Shown: positions 49,505-62,200 of the stretch, one piece after another
How positions within the stretch are numbered: position 1 is the stretch's first letter
Layout: the number at the start of each line of letters is the position of its first letter
From: Marsupella aquatica
Lineage: Eukaryota > Plantae > Marchantiophyta
Length of the DNA stretch: 64,000 nt
Direction: 5' to 3'
Assembly: GCA_973895155.1 (NCBI GenBank)
Contig: OZ316899.1
Coordinates: 7,691,241 to 7,755,240, forward strand
The notes under the pieces: model-generated
Database searches by the model: none
The model's input: the letters and a program-made list of their open reading frames with translations, nothing else
What the model was told of the DNA's origin: nothing
Made by a program: the position numbers and the translations under genes

Positions 49505-52500
49505 TATTATGTACACCATAGACATCAATGCACCGGCAAGCTCACTTCCTTCTCACTGATTGTGAGAGTGGAAATAACTCCCTATATAGTACATGGTATG
49601 GTGGTTATGTAACCGCCTTGATTCCCTATATACTAGGGTGAGTCTAGGTAATCAGGGTTAGGGTTTATCCCTTACAACACTCCCCCTTGGTTGGATGAAA
49701 AAAAGGACTTTTCAAACAACCACAAAGTATGGGGAAAAACTAACCCTTTTTGTTATAATCCTATTATATGGCCCAAGTTTAGTATGGTCTCATTACAACC
49801 ATGCTTCAATCATGGAAAGAGTGCCACTACCTATTACATGGTTGAGGGTCAATAATAGGTTAAGTCCTTAACATGTCTATGGAATCCAAAGAAAAAATTA
49901 TGCCGAAAGGTATATACTAGTATCTATACTAACATATGTAAATCTGAAATACAAACAACTGTCTGTATTTTGCAAGGAAACAATATACTATCGGGCACAG
50001 ACCCTAATTGTGAAGTCAAAGACGACACATTCTGCATGGGCACGTTCGTTTGTATGGTTATCTTTCATAAGTTTGTTCCTGCAGGGTTGATCGATTGATG
50101 CGTGTCTTATGTGTCTTGGTGAACTTTGAGTTCTTGTTCGGTCAAGGGAATTGCATGTAATGGTGGAGATCGAGATAGGTCGATGGAGCAAAGTTGAGGT
50201 TGATGCGGGGCCATTGCGTTTCAAAATTTCTCGGTGGAGCTCAACAGAGTGCTTCAGGGATCCAATTTCTTCCGGTTAGTAAATATTCTTTGAGCTCGAG
50301 TAATTTTGATTTATGCATCAGTGCCTTGCAGCATCGATGCCATGCTCCTCATTCCTATGCCATATGTATGCTCACGGTGGAGGATGGCGGTAGGGGTGTT
50401 GTAAACAAATCCGCCCTATTGTCTTTGCTAGGAATCCACTGCACGTTGACCTGTTTGCCATGCTGTTCATGTGTATAGAAGAATTTGGGCGCTATATGTT
50501 TAATTCGGTCCCCTTTGATGAATCCCTGCACTATCTGATCGACACAAGGTCGATTATCATCATATATGATGGTCGGTTGATCAAATCGGGGCCTGCGAGT
50601 ATGTATTTGAATATGGTCTATCAAGTGTCATAACCAAATGCATTCCCTGGTGGCTTCATAGAGCGCTATTATTTCTGCGTGGTTAGAGGAAGTAGCTGTC
50701 AATGTTTGTTTGAAGCTTTTCCACGAGATCGCAGTGCCGCCTTGGAGAAAAACATATCCCGTTTGGGATTTTGCGTTGTCTGGATCTGAAAGGTACCCTG
50801 CGTCCGCGTATCCCACCAATAGGTTTTTTGATTGCTTGGGAAAGAATAGTCCCATATCGGTGGTTCCATGCAGGTAACAAAAAATGCGTTTGACTCCATT
50901 CCAATGACGTATGGTCGGCTTTGCGCTATGGCGGGCGAGGAGGTTCACTGCAAACGAGATGTCAGGACGGGACTGTATAGCAAGGTACATAAGAGCCCCT
51001 ATTGCAGAGAGGTAAGGTTTTTCTGGGCCAAGAATCGTTTCTGGTTTAGTCCATTTCTTGAATGTATCCTTATCAGGATCTAAGGACCTCAAATCCATAG
51101 GAGTGCTAACTGGGTGAGCAGAGTCCATGTTGAATTGCCTGAGTACCTTCTCAATGTAGGTAGATTGGTTAATGAGTATTCCATTTGGTAAGTAATTGAA
51201 TTGTAAGCCCAAACAATATGTGGGCTTTCCAATATCCCGCATTTCGAAGGTTTTCTTAAGGATCTCAATTGTATGAGCTGTGATTGTTGCCGTGCCAAAA
51301 ATGTTTATGTGGTCCACATAGATCACGATAATCATGACATCATCTCCCTCCTGTTTGAGAAATAGACAAGGAGCAATGTCGTTAGTAATGAAATTCAATG
51401 TAAGCATTTCAGCTTTGAATCATTTGTACCATGTCCGTCCACTCTATTTTAAACCATACATGGAACGAAGTACCTGAACTGCAAGTTCTCTTTTAACTCT
51501 CTTTGTTTGTGTAGTAGGGGTAAGCAGTGAGAGAGGCATCCGTTTCCTCTGATCTGATGTGTGCAACACATCTTGCTGGGTCAGTACTGAAGGTCTGAGC
51601 TCAATCGTCAAGGAATCCAAATCTCCTATAGGGCGAGTTTGGAGTACTCCAGGTTGCAGGCCTATGTTTGTTCTACTGGTTTTCTCCCCCTCCCACAGCC
51701 TTCAACCGCACCGACCCCCCTCTGGCGCCGCCTCTATCACAACGTTTCGCTGCACCTGCTTCGGATACTTTATAACTCGCTACCACCTTGCATTTAGCTA
51801 AAAAGTACGGGGAATGTGGAACGTTGATCTCTTAATTAGTTCCGGGAGTGCCTTCATATATATCGTGGTATCAAGTATACCATACAGATAGGCAATGATC
51901 ACGTCTAAAATGTGCATGACAATTTTGTGAAGAAGAGCATATGCGATAAGATATCTGTATGTGATTGAATCCATCACAGGAGAGTAAGTTTGATCAAAGT
52001 CCCGGCCGGGAATCTGGGTGTAGCCCTTTGCTACTAAGCAAGCTTTATGTCTGATCACTTCTCCTTTCGCATTGCGTTTCCTGACAAAGATGAACCTATA
52101 ACCCGTGAGATGGGTTCCTGCAAGTGCAGGTATAATCGGTCCAAAAACTTTTCGTTTATAAGGGAGTCCAGTTCTGAGTTTATATGTAGCTCCCATTGTG
52201 GCTAGTCTGGTCGAGATTGGGCCTCAGCAATCGTTAGAGGATCTGGTGTATTGTTTGTGATCTCCTTAGAGATATTAAACGCACATGTATCGTCGACCTG
52301 TATTGTATCACGCTGCAATATTTTCCCAGTATGTACATAGTTAATCGTGATCTCCTCATTATCGGCCTGTCGTGGTAAATGTGATATTGTAACTGGTATA
52401 ACAGTGGGAGATGGAAGGCCTGTACGCGGCAGTCTAGGGTGAGAGTCCCTGGATCCCTGAGGGCGACCTCGCTTTGCCCTTGGTGCAGCTTCAGTTGCTG

Positions 52501-55500
52501 GTGTAGACTTCCAAGAAATGCGAGCTAGTATGTTTGTTGCCTCTAAATGTGAGCAAGTGACCGTGGCCGCGTTGTTGAAGGCATTTGGGAGTTTCATAAG
52601 CATCTATTGTAGGTGGAGGACACGTTGTACTCCTTGATCTGCTTCTTTAGTTCAGTGGTCGTCAGTAAAAGGGTGTGTAGAAAACCATTGTAAGTCCTTC
52701 ACTTTTACCTCTTCGTTTCTGTTTGGGTCTTCTGGAAGAGTTGGAAACTCATCTTCAAAGAAATTGCAGTCTTGGAACCGTGCTTTGAAAATGTTTGTTG
52801 TTGAGAGTTCCAAGTATCTTATGATGGAGCGTGAGTCAAAACCAACATAGATGCCTCTTTGTCTCTGTGGTCCCATTTTAGTTTGTTTAGGACCTAAAAT
52901 TGGGACAAGTACCAGGCAGCCAAAAGTTCGTAGATGTGTGATATCAGGTGGCAATCCGTATGCCAGGAAATGGGGTGTTTGGGAATTAAATGATGATGGT
53001 CTCAATCTAAGGAGGGCGGCTGCATATAGGACCGCATGGCCCCAGGCTGATGCTGGTAAGTTAGACTACATCAGTAGGGGTCTGGCCACCATCTGTATAT
53101 GCTTGATCACGGATTTGGCAATGCCATTCTGAAAATGAACATGTGCAACAGGGTATTCAGTATCGATGCCTGCAGTTTCACAGAAGTCATCAAAAGTTTT
53201 TGATGTAAATTCCCCCGCGTTATCAACTCTGATTTTTTTGATTGGGTTCTCTGGGAATTGATGTTTTAATTTCAGGATATGTGATAAAATCCTCGGGAAA
53301 ACTAGATTCCCGGTGGAAAGCAGTGAGACCTGTGACCACTTGGTGGAGGCATCAATGATAACCAGGAAATATCTGAATGGACCAGAAGGAGGGTCAATTG
53401 GGCCACAGACATCTGCTTGTATCCTCTCTAGGAATTGTGGAATCTGGTGTATTGTCTTTGATGGTGATGGACGAGTCACCATTTTCCCTTGTGAGCATGC
53501 AATACAAGGTCTGATGGATGCTGAGGGGTGAACGCCTTGAGGTATGCCAACGATAGCTTTTAAGATATTGTGGTACATAGTTGTACCAGGATGTCCGAGA
53601 CAATTGTGCCATCTCTGTGTTAAGGTAAGTGGAGTGATCTCCGTATGATAAGAATAGATTCGGGTGATGTAGAGTCCGGGAGGATATATGGATAGTATTT
53701 TGCAGACTAATCTCCCTGATTTGGTGTTCTCTAGGATGCGCAAGACTTCACGGTTTCCACAAGTGTCTGTGTGAATATAAAATCTGTTGGCACGTATGTC
53801 ACTAAAACTTATAAGGTTTCTAGTGGCCCGTGGTGCAAAAATTGCTGAGTCAATTTGGATAATTGTTCCCTTGGGAAATCTGACTTTTGGTGGACCATGA
53901 CCTTCCTCTATGTAATTAGATCCAGTGATTGTTGTCATGGATCTATGGGATGGGGTTATGCTGAGGAAGTAGTCTTTGTGGCGCAGGATTGAATGAGATG
54001 TGCCGCTATCAACAATACAATTGTGATGATTGTCCAGAAGAGAGGGATGAGATCCTAATCGGGCAGTATGGACCTCAGGTGCTACTTGGCCTTGTGCATA
54101 ATCCTCAATGTTATCTGTAGTTTCCATGTAGTTACCATAGGCTTCATTACTGGGTGTTTCCATGCTTTGCTTGTAAAGTTTGACTAGATGGGCAGGTACT
54201 CGACAATCTCTCTGTAAGTGTCCTTTTGTGCCGCACCTGAAGCATTCTACAGAGTTATCGTTCTCTCTTATCCAATTATTGTATCCCCTTTCGTGGCCTC
54301 CCCCTCGGCCTTTGTCTCTGTATCCACCACCTCGTCCTCGTTGTCCGCCTCTTTGATTAAAATTTCCGAAGGTTTGGCCTCCCCTTTTAGGTTGGTCATT
54401 GCCCCTGCCTCGTTGTTGATGTCTGCCTTGGCCATAGGTTCGTCCTCTCCTCCCCCTGAAATTTCCATGCCCTCTGCCTCTTGCTCTGTCGTTCTGTCGA
54501 TTGAAGTTGATTTCAGGTTTAGGTGGGGGTGCGGCAGACCCTGGTGGGCGAGATTTTGCATTTTCCAGGAGGAGTAATTGATGCTTCTCTGCAAAAAGCA
54601 TATGAGCAATGAGTTCTAAATATTTCATAAATCCCATATTTCTGTATTGTGATGCAAGGAGGAGATTTCCTGCGCTGAACGTTGACAGGGTTCGTTTGAT
54701 TTGCTTGTCGTCGCCAACTGGGTGGCCATAGACTGCCAATTGTGAAATAATTTGGAAGAGTTTGCCATTGTAATTGGATATGGAAGTATGGTCCTATACC
54801 CGCAAATTTATCCAATCATGGCGGGCGGTTGGCAGGGAAACCAGTCGCATGTGATTGAACCTTAATTTCAGATCCTCCTAGAGGATTTGGGGGTTAAATT
54901 GATTTAGATATTGGATCTTGAGTGGCTCTGCAAGGTGGTGACATATAAAGATTAATGCTCTTGCCTTTTGCTGTAAAGTTAGGCCTGCATCAGTTAAAAT
55001 TGCATCTTGAAGGTCTTTTGATGCAAGATATGCTTCAACGTCCAGTGACCATGATAAATAATTTGCGCCATCAATGGTTAGGGCCTTAAATTGAAGCTTC
55101 TTGATTGAATTCATGTTCATGATTCTACTATGTTTATGATGATCAGAATATAAATTGAGTTATATTCAGGAATCTGAGCGTTATGATCTGCTTGGATATT
55201 GTAAAATTCAGTGCTGTTAAATTGGCCTTGAGATGATAATTCAAATGCAAAGGAATTTTGAGAAACTTCCTTGTGTTGGTTGAAGGTACATGATCTCTCG
55301 TGTATATTGGTGTCCAGATGCTTGCGCTCCGGTTTCTTCAATTTTTGATTTCGCGCATGTATGACGGATTTTGATTCAATCAATAATTCAAAGTGTGCAC
55401 CTTCATTCAATGAATATGGCTATATAAAAAATAATTGTTGCATCTACGAGTCACTGGCCATAAGCTTCATTCCAGGGAAGGATGAGTAATTGAGAAAAAA

Positions 55501-55709
55501 ATTCTGCTCGGATTGGAGAGTCATGCTGATAACGTATTATGTACACCATAGACATCAATGCACCGGCAAGCTCACTTCCTTCTCACTGATTGTGGGAGTG
55601 GAAATAACTCCCTATATAGTACATGGTATGGTGGTTATGTAACCGCCTCAATTCCCTATATACTAGGGTGAGCCTAGGTAATCAGGGTTAGGGTTTATCC
55701 CTTACAACA
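49505..55709 (-). mobile_element. full-length Ty1/copia retrotransposon, Bianca-like (6205 bp), coding region degenerate
   Basis: 175-bp LTRs at 49505-49679 and 55535-55709 (4 mismatches); TG...TA termini; TSD CAAAA; PBS CGTTATCAGCA (internal tRNA-iMet); PPT AAGGGGGAG; order gag(CCHC)-PR(DSGT)-INT-RT(YVDH)-RNase H(YADA). Confidence 0.95.
50355..55117 (-). pseudogene. gag-pol: copia gag-pol polyprotein with multiple stops and frameshifts
   Basis: ORFs 54878..55120, 53066..54739, 52652..53005, 52202..52603, 51798..52196, 50628..51407 and 50355..50624. Confidence 0.92.
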
Positions 55710-56149
55710 CAAAAAACCTATTTCCGTCATTTTAACCAACGGTGCTAAATGACTAAATCTATGGTCAATCAAAAAATTAAGATATATCAGTGTTTACAAC
55801 AACATACAGTCATTATGTACTTGTCTCATAAAATGACTAAATCTAGTGTCAATCAAAAAATGTTGACAACAACATACAGTCCTTATGGACTTGTTTCATA
55901 TATGACTAGATCTAAGGTCAATCTAAGAATTAGGATATATCAGTGTTTACAACAACATACAGTCATTATGGACTTGTTTCATAAATCACTACTTGTAGAG
56001 TCAATCTAAAAATCAAGATATATCAGTGTTTATGATAACACATTGTCATTACAGACTTGAGTCATAAATGACTGCTTATTGAGTCATTAAGGAATCCTGG
56101 ATATATCAATGATTAAAAATACTGTATAGTCATTGCGGACACAGGTCAT

Positions 56150-57800
56150 AATTGTAGAGTCATTGAAGAATGTCAATAACTGCAGTAAAGGTAATGTTGG
56201 CTGTCATATTAGATGTCATTTTGACCAAATGACTCCATATGTCGTCATTCAAGACATCCCTCATGGTGTCATTATGGACCAGCAAAAATGACCATTTTTG
56301 GTCTACGAGCTTAAGGTGGGCCCGAGTGTGCCATGGGCCATGCATAGAGGTGAGAAACTCTCCACTAGGTGCATGACACGTACTATACTCATCATTGTCC
56401 ATCCACTAGTTGCGGCATAAACACTTTGGACACATGTTTTTGCATTTACTTAAAGCATGATGCACCTTTGGGAAAATCACTTCCAAATCATATGACTTTG
56501 GAGTGATTTGCCAAAAGTGTTCGCATGGATGCATACCATCGTATCCAAAGGGAAATGAAGCCATTTTTTTGTCTCTCCAAGAAGTAGCGCAACACCAATG
56601 GAAGGTTGTCATCCTTTGATGTAATTGTGTCATGTTTGTGTTGGTGTTTGGATGGGGAATATTCTATCTTGCCAATGAATAGTGACGGGGCAATCAAGGA
56701 GGTAGTGTAATCTTTATTGGGTCATTTCTGAACAAATTTGTGTCATAAATGCCAATGACTACAAGTAGAGTCATTAAAATTGTCATATGGGATGTCATAT
56801 AAGTCAAGTGACTGGACTTGTGGTCATTTGTGTGGTCCCTCATGCTGTCATTAAGCAAAAGCACAAATGACCAGTTTGGGACTAGGGGCTAGAGGTGGGC
56901 CCTAGAGTGCCATGGGCCCTACATAGAGATGAGAACCCCTCCACTAGGTGCGGGATACTATACTCATCATTGTCCAACCACTAGTTGCAACATAAATACT
57001 TTGGACACATGTTTTTCCATTTACTTAAGGCATTATGCACCTTTGGGGAAATCACTCCCAAGTCATACAACTTTGGAGTGATTTGCCAAAAGTGTTAGCA
57101 TGGATGCATACCATTGCATCGTAAGGTAAATGAAGCCATTTTTTGTCTCTCGAAGAAGTAGCGCAACACCAATGGAAGGTTATGATCCTTTGATGTACTT
57201 GTGTCATGCTTATGCCTGTGTTTGGATGGGGAATATTCTATTTTGCATATGAATAGTGACGAGGGCACTCAAGGAGGTAGTGTAATCTTCATTGGGTCAT
57301 TTTTGAACAAATTGGTGTCATAAATACCAATGACTACAAGTAGTGTCATTAAATCTGTCATATAGACTGTCACATAAGTCAAATGACTGGATTTGTGGTC
57401 ATTTGAGGGGTCCCTTGTGCAGTCATGAAGCAGAAGCATAAATGACCAGTTTGGGGCTAGGGGCTGGAGGTGGGCCCTAGAGTGCCATGGGGCCCTGCAT
57501 AGAGCTGAGATCCCCTCCACTAGGTGCGGGCCACTATACTCATCATTGTCCAACCCTGGTTGCAACATAAACACTTTGGACATGCGTTTACTTAAAGCAT
57601 GATGCACCTTTGGGGAAATCACTCCCAAGTTATACAACTTTGGAGTGATTTACCAAAAGTGTCACCATGGATGCATACCATCGTATCCAAAGGCGAATGA
57701 AACCATTTTTTGTCTCTCCAAGAAGTAGCGCAACACCAATGGAAGGTTGTCATCCTTTGATGTAATTGTGTCATGTTTGTGCCGGTGTTTGGATGGGGAA
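56150..57800. repeat. tandem repeat with a unit of about 570 bp (about 3 units)
   Basis: TTTGGATGGGGAA near 56648, 57221 and 57788; GAAGTAGCGCAACACCAATGGAAGG recurs at the same spacing. Confidence 0.9.
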
Positions 57801-59284
57801 CACTACAACACTACCTCCACCTTTTGCAAACTTGAAAGTGTCGCAAACAACAAAGGAAATCAAAAAACAAATCTGAGTTTTGCGAAGTAACGCGCATCGC
57901 ACTAGACTTGCAAACTGCAAAGCCAAATGGTTTGCATCCGGTCTTTTGCAAGACCTTTGCAACTCCTTAGCAATTTGGAACACGAATCAAATCGAAAAGG
58001 ACTCACATTTAAGCAACTCCGTCGGCGTCACGATACACTTGCGACAATAATAGAGCAAGTTCCATATTTGCGATTCCAGGGGTTTGGTAACATGTTTGCG
58101 ATACCAAATGAATGGTAAGTATGCAATCAATATAATTTTGCATTTGTGTGAAAGTATGTGGATTGCATAAGTTTTGCGATACTTACAGAATGGTAAATAT
58201 GCAATATGGGTTGTTTGCATTGGTTTTGCAAGGTGTCTTGAGGCTAGGGTTTAGATTTAGAGTTTTGAATTAGGGTTGGGGTCTTGTTGTCCAACACGGA
58301 GAATGAGGTCTGAATAAAAATTTCTTTATAGAAAATTGATAGGTACACAAAAATTAGGGTTTCCTAAACCCTAAACCCTATATGGGTGTCATATGACAAG
58401 CTAGGTCCCTACAAGAGTACCCATATCAAAACTATATACTACACTAAGTAAATGGGCATCCCAATGGGCACTACACCAACAAGCTCTAGAATGGGGTCCT
58501 CCTACTCCTTGTTGCCGGCCTCTTCCCCTTGTCCCTCTTGCGACAATCCGGACGCGACACAGGAGGTGGTGCTGGTTGCTCCTCCACATCTGGTGCCTCC
58601 TTGTCCTCCCCCTCCTGCTGGGAAACTCCTCCTACTGGTCCAGATCCACTACTACCTCCTACCTTGGGCCCCTTTGTCATGGTCCCCTCATTGTTCTCAT
58701 TGGTGCTGCTGGTATCACTGGTATCCTCATCATCCTGTTTGCACAGCACAAGGCCAAATTGGTTTAGGTTTATGGAATGAAAAGATAAGTGGATTGGGTG
58801 GGCAAAACTGAAGGGGATATATATGCACTTACAGTCGCCAACTCTACGTCAACCAAGTCAAAGAGATGTTTCGCTCCATGCACAGCTCCTATCTCCATCT
58901 CTTTTGCTGTTATCTTCCTACGGTACCTCTTATACTACCACAACCAAACATTCCAACACCAAAATTGATTGGGGTTAATATGTCATAAACCCAAGTAAAA
59001 TGCATGGAGGTGCTAGTAGGGTGCCCTAACACAAAACTGGGCTCAATAACCCTTAGCGGTATTTTTAAACATAACACACATTTGCGAAACTCCCCATTTT
59101 GCAAATTCAAATAGATTGGCTGTTTGCAAAGCCGTTTATGAAGCGGGTTAGTTCGCACTAGCTTTGCATCTACAACTTAAAAAAAAGCCATGATAGACTT
59201 TGCAAAACAGTTGCAAAGCAACCCGCTTCGCAAAAGCTTCGCAAACGCTGTTTTTAAAAAATTCTGAGAAATCTCTAAGTCATG
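57801..59284. mobile_element. CACTA element end 3 with TTGCAAA/TCGCAAA subterminal repeats; possibly two nested ends (CACTACAA-CACTACC)
   Basis: The satellite breaks abruptly at CACTACAACACTACC (57801); many TTGCAAA/TTGCGA motifs follow. Confidence 0.6.
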
Positions 59285-62200
59285 TGTCACGTCGTAGGCT
59301 TCGGCCTTAACTCAGACTTCAGCTTAGACGGGCACATCCCTTGTAAATCTGAGGGTTCGGGCAGGAAGGGAAGCACGTAATGCACCTTATTCTCGTAAAC
59401 TAGCGCTAAGTGCGCATACTGCTAAATACGGACACCTCCTAGGTATGGTTTGTGTTCCGCCGCCGGAACGTACCTTAGTCGATAGCAGGATCGACCCCGG
59501 CTTAAGGGCTTCTAAGCCTTCGTGCTGTCCGCCTTCGATCCGGATTCGATGATACAGGTCCTCAACCCGTGCTCGCAACCACTTACCCGCAGGCTGCACC
59601 CTGTGCACGTCTCGGGTAGTGCGTTCGGCCCGGCGCTGCCACCCATATACGAGAAACCCACACACATATGCGCACACATGCATACAATCTCGATTTACAC
59701 GAAGGAAAAATGATGGGAAAGGATTTTACTACAAAGGGAACATATGCGTACACTTAGTTGACACGACAGCCCTGGAATGCACAGGTTCAAGGCCAAGGGT
59801 GCACACTACAACGGAGCCCGGCTCCGCACTCGCCCGACGAGCTTAGTCCTACCCCCTCCCCTTGGTACTCTGTCATTCCCAGAGGTCGGGACTCCCCGCA
59901 TGTCCCGCGGATGTCCGACTCTGAAACTAAAAACCCCCCCTGCCTCTACCGAGGGGTGCACTAAATACTAAGAGCCGAGGAACGGGGTGTCCTCACACTG
60001 AAGATTCGTTGACTAAGGTCCTAACTAAGCTGACAGTCAGGCCGGAAAATGGTTGTGTCTTATTAGAAGATCCTAATTTACGCAGGCTGGACAGCAGGGC
60101 AGCGCTGCTGTACCTAAGGCAGGTGCCTGTCCCAAGAGCCTGACTAAGCCAATCCTAATCCTAATCTATTCCTACTCCGCCGCTAATGCCTGGCACGCTT
60201 GCCAGAGCCGCCCGAATGGGAACGGCCATCCCGCTGCCTTCGAAGCCTGTCATTGTCCGCCTTGAGGAGCTGGACCTGGTCCAGCAGAGATTCATTCTCT
60301 CGCCTTGCCGCGTCCGTCTCCTCTGCTGCCTCCTGACATGCCTCCTCCAGTTGCTGGGCGTCGCTCGTCAGTTTACTTGCCAGCTGGTCCTGCTTCTTGG
60401 CCTTGGTTTGGAGCCGCGCCATCTCGGCCTGCAGCGTGGCTATCTCCGTCGCGTCCCGCTGGGCTCGCTCCTCGGCCTCCTCCAGGTCTTTCTGCCAGGT
60501 GACAGCTTGTTTCTTCAAACTGTCAATCTGGTTCCGGAGTCGTGTAATCTCGGCCTCGTTCCCAGCTTTGGCCTGTTCGGCTAGGGCGGTAAGAGCGTAC
60601 GCCTTTGCTAACAACTCATCGGCGGCTGCAACCTTGGGTCGTAGTTGCAGAAGCTCAGCCTCTTGAGCCGCCACTTCGTTCTTTAGGTACACGGACTCCA
60701 CCCGGTACCGCTCTATCCTCTGAAGGGCCTCCGACTGGGCCCGACCTGCCTTTACGGCGGCAACCAACTCCTGATTGAAGAAACAGGCTACCTTCCGGGC
60801 CATGAACTCCCTGGTATCTCGGGCAATTTGATGAGAGAAATCTCCCAGAAGCCCGTTCAGAAACGTACCCTGTACGAAGAGTTCCGGGTGGTCCAAGTTG
60901 TGCCTGTCCGGATTTGGGCACGGGCAGACATCAACACGCGCAGGGGCCGGGGCAGTGACGTCCAGCCCTGGGGACATAACGTTGGAAGGGCCTGGAGTGT
61001 CCTCCTGCAGCGATGTCCGGTTCTCCGGAATTGCCACCGGCGGGTCCTTGGGAGACCCGGGTTCGGGTAAGACCTCTGCCGTACCAACTTCTGTACTTAG
61101 CCCGGCTAGTTGGGTCGCATCAACGGTTGCGACGACCGACCCCTCCGGCGCCTCCTCGGGTACGATTACAGCTATTTGTGGAGGTGGGGTGGGTGAAGCT
61201 GGCATGTCCACTGGACTTCGGGCCTCGGGTTGGGGCCGTCTCTCCAATGCCGGAAAAACCCACCTAGCTGGGACCAGCTTTGTAACGTTGATGCGGGGAA
61301 GGGTTCGTCGATCAAACCGGGCGTACCACTCAAGAATGATTTCGATGTGGCTAGCGAAATACGCCTTCCCGCCAATGTACAACGTCTTCCTTCGCCGCTC
61401 CATCTCTTCATGGAATTTCTTAGCGAAGTACGACGCCCATTTCCTAGGTCGATAGTTCTCGACCTGGATAACCTGGGCGGCGGAGATCTCCCCCCGGGGT
61501 TCCATCATGTGGAGAGCGTACCTCTGGAACTCCAGCCGCTCAGCTATCTCGGGCATGAGGCAGGGCCTCATCACGAACCCGTTGTCTACTGATCCCTCTG
61601 AGGGAAAACTTGAAGATTGGTACTTGGCCCCCTTGCCCCCGGGAGCCCGTGATTCGACTCGATGATCACCTTCGGGTAACCCGAAGATCATCTTGAGCCG
61701 TTCTTCTGTGAGGGACATATTCCTTCCCCACAGCCGAGTCTGTTGACGTACGTCGTCATAATTCTTGACGAATTCTGTCATGTCCTCCCCGTAGTACCTG
61801 CAAGTGTTCCAGGGGAGAGAGGCGAGGTGCTCAAATCCCTGAGTCTTCAGGTACACCGCATGCTTGGGATGGAGGATGTTGCTGTGAACGTTTTCCCCCA
61901 TGCGATGCATCGTCACCTTGGCTACGGCTACCGTGGCCAACGGTAACCCGGATGCAGTGGCGGATTCCTTCCTCTTCTTTCCCCGTGACTGACTCGGGGA
62001 AGGTGATACTTCCCCATCCTCCCGATCGGGCCTGGGGAGTGCCACTGCGGTTGGTAACGGGCCCGGGGCGGCCACGGTCACCATGTTGTCTGCTGGGGCC
62101 GCTCCTGGGGTCAGAGCAGGGGGTGGGGACGATATAGTGTCGGCCCCCTGCGCGCTTGTTCCTCTGGGTCGCCTGGTCAAGGGTGGGGTAGCCTCGTCGT

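Larger units (their letters stand above)
49143..57800. mobile_element. CACTA element end 2 nested in CACTA 1, with ATGAC/GTCAT-rich subterminal repeats; hosts the copia and a 570-bp satellite
   Basis: CACTAGAAGAAAA at 49143, followed by dense ATGAC motifs that continue across the copia TSD. Confidence 0.65.

Noticed and set aside
58245-58381. Telomeric repeat tract (TAGGGTT / AAACCCT)
   Set aside because: Only isolated or double units are present, as telo-box-like words common in plant TEs, not an array.
58401-58830. Acidic/Gly-rich exon-like segment (58486..58749, minus strand)
   Set aside because: Possibly a fragment of a CACTA-associated gene, but low complexity and too short to assign.
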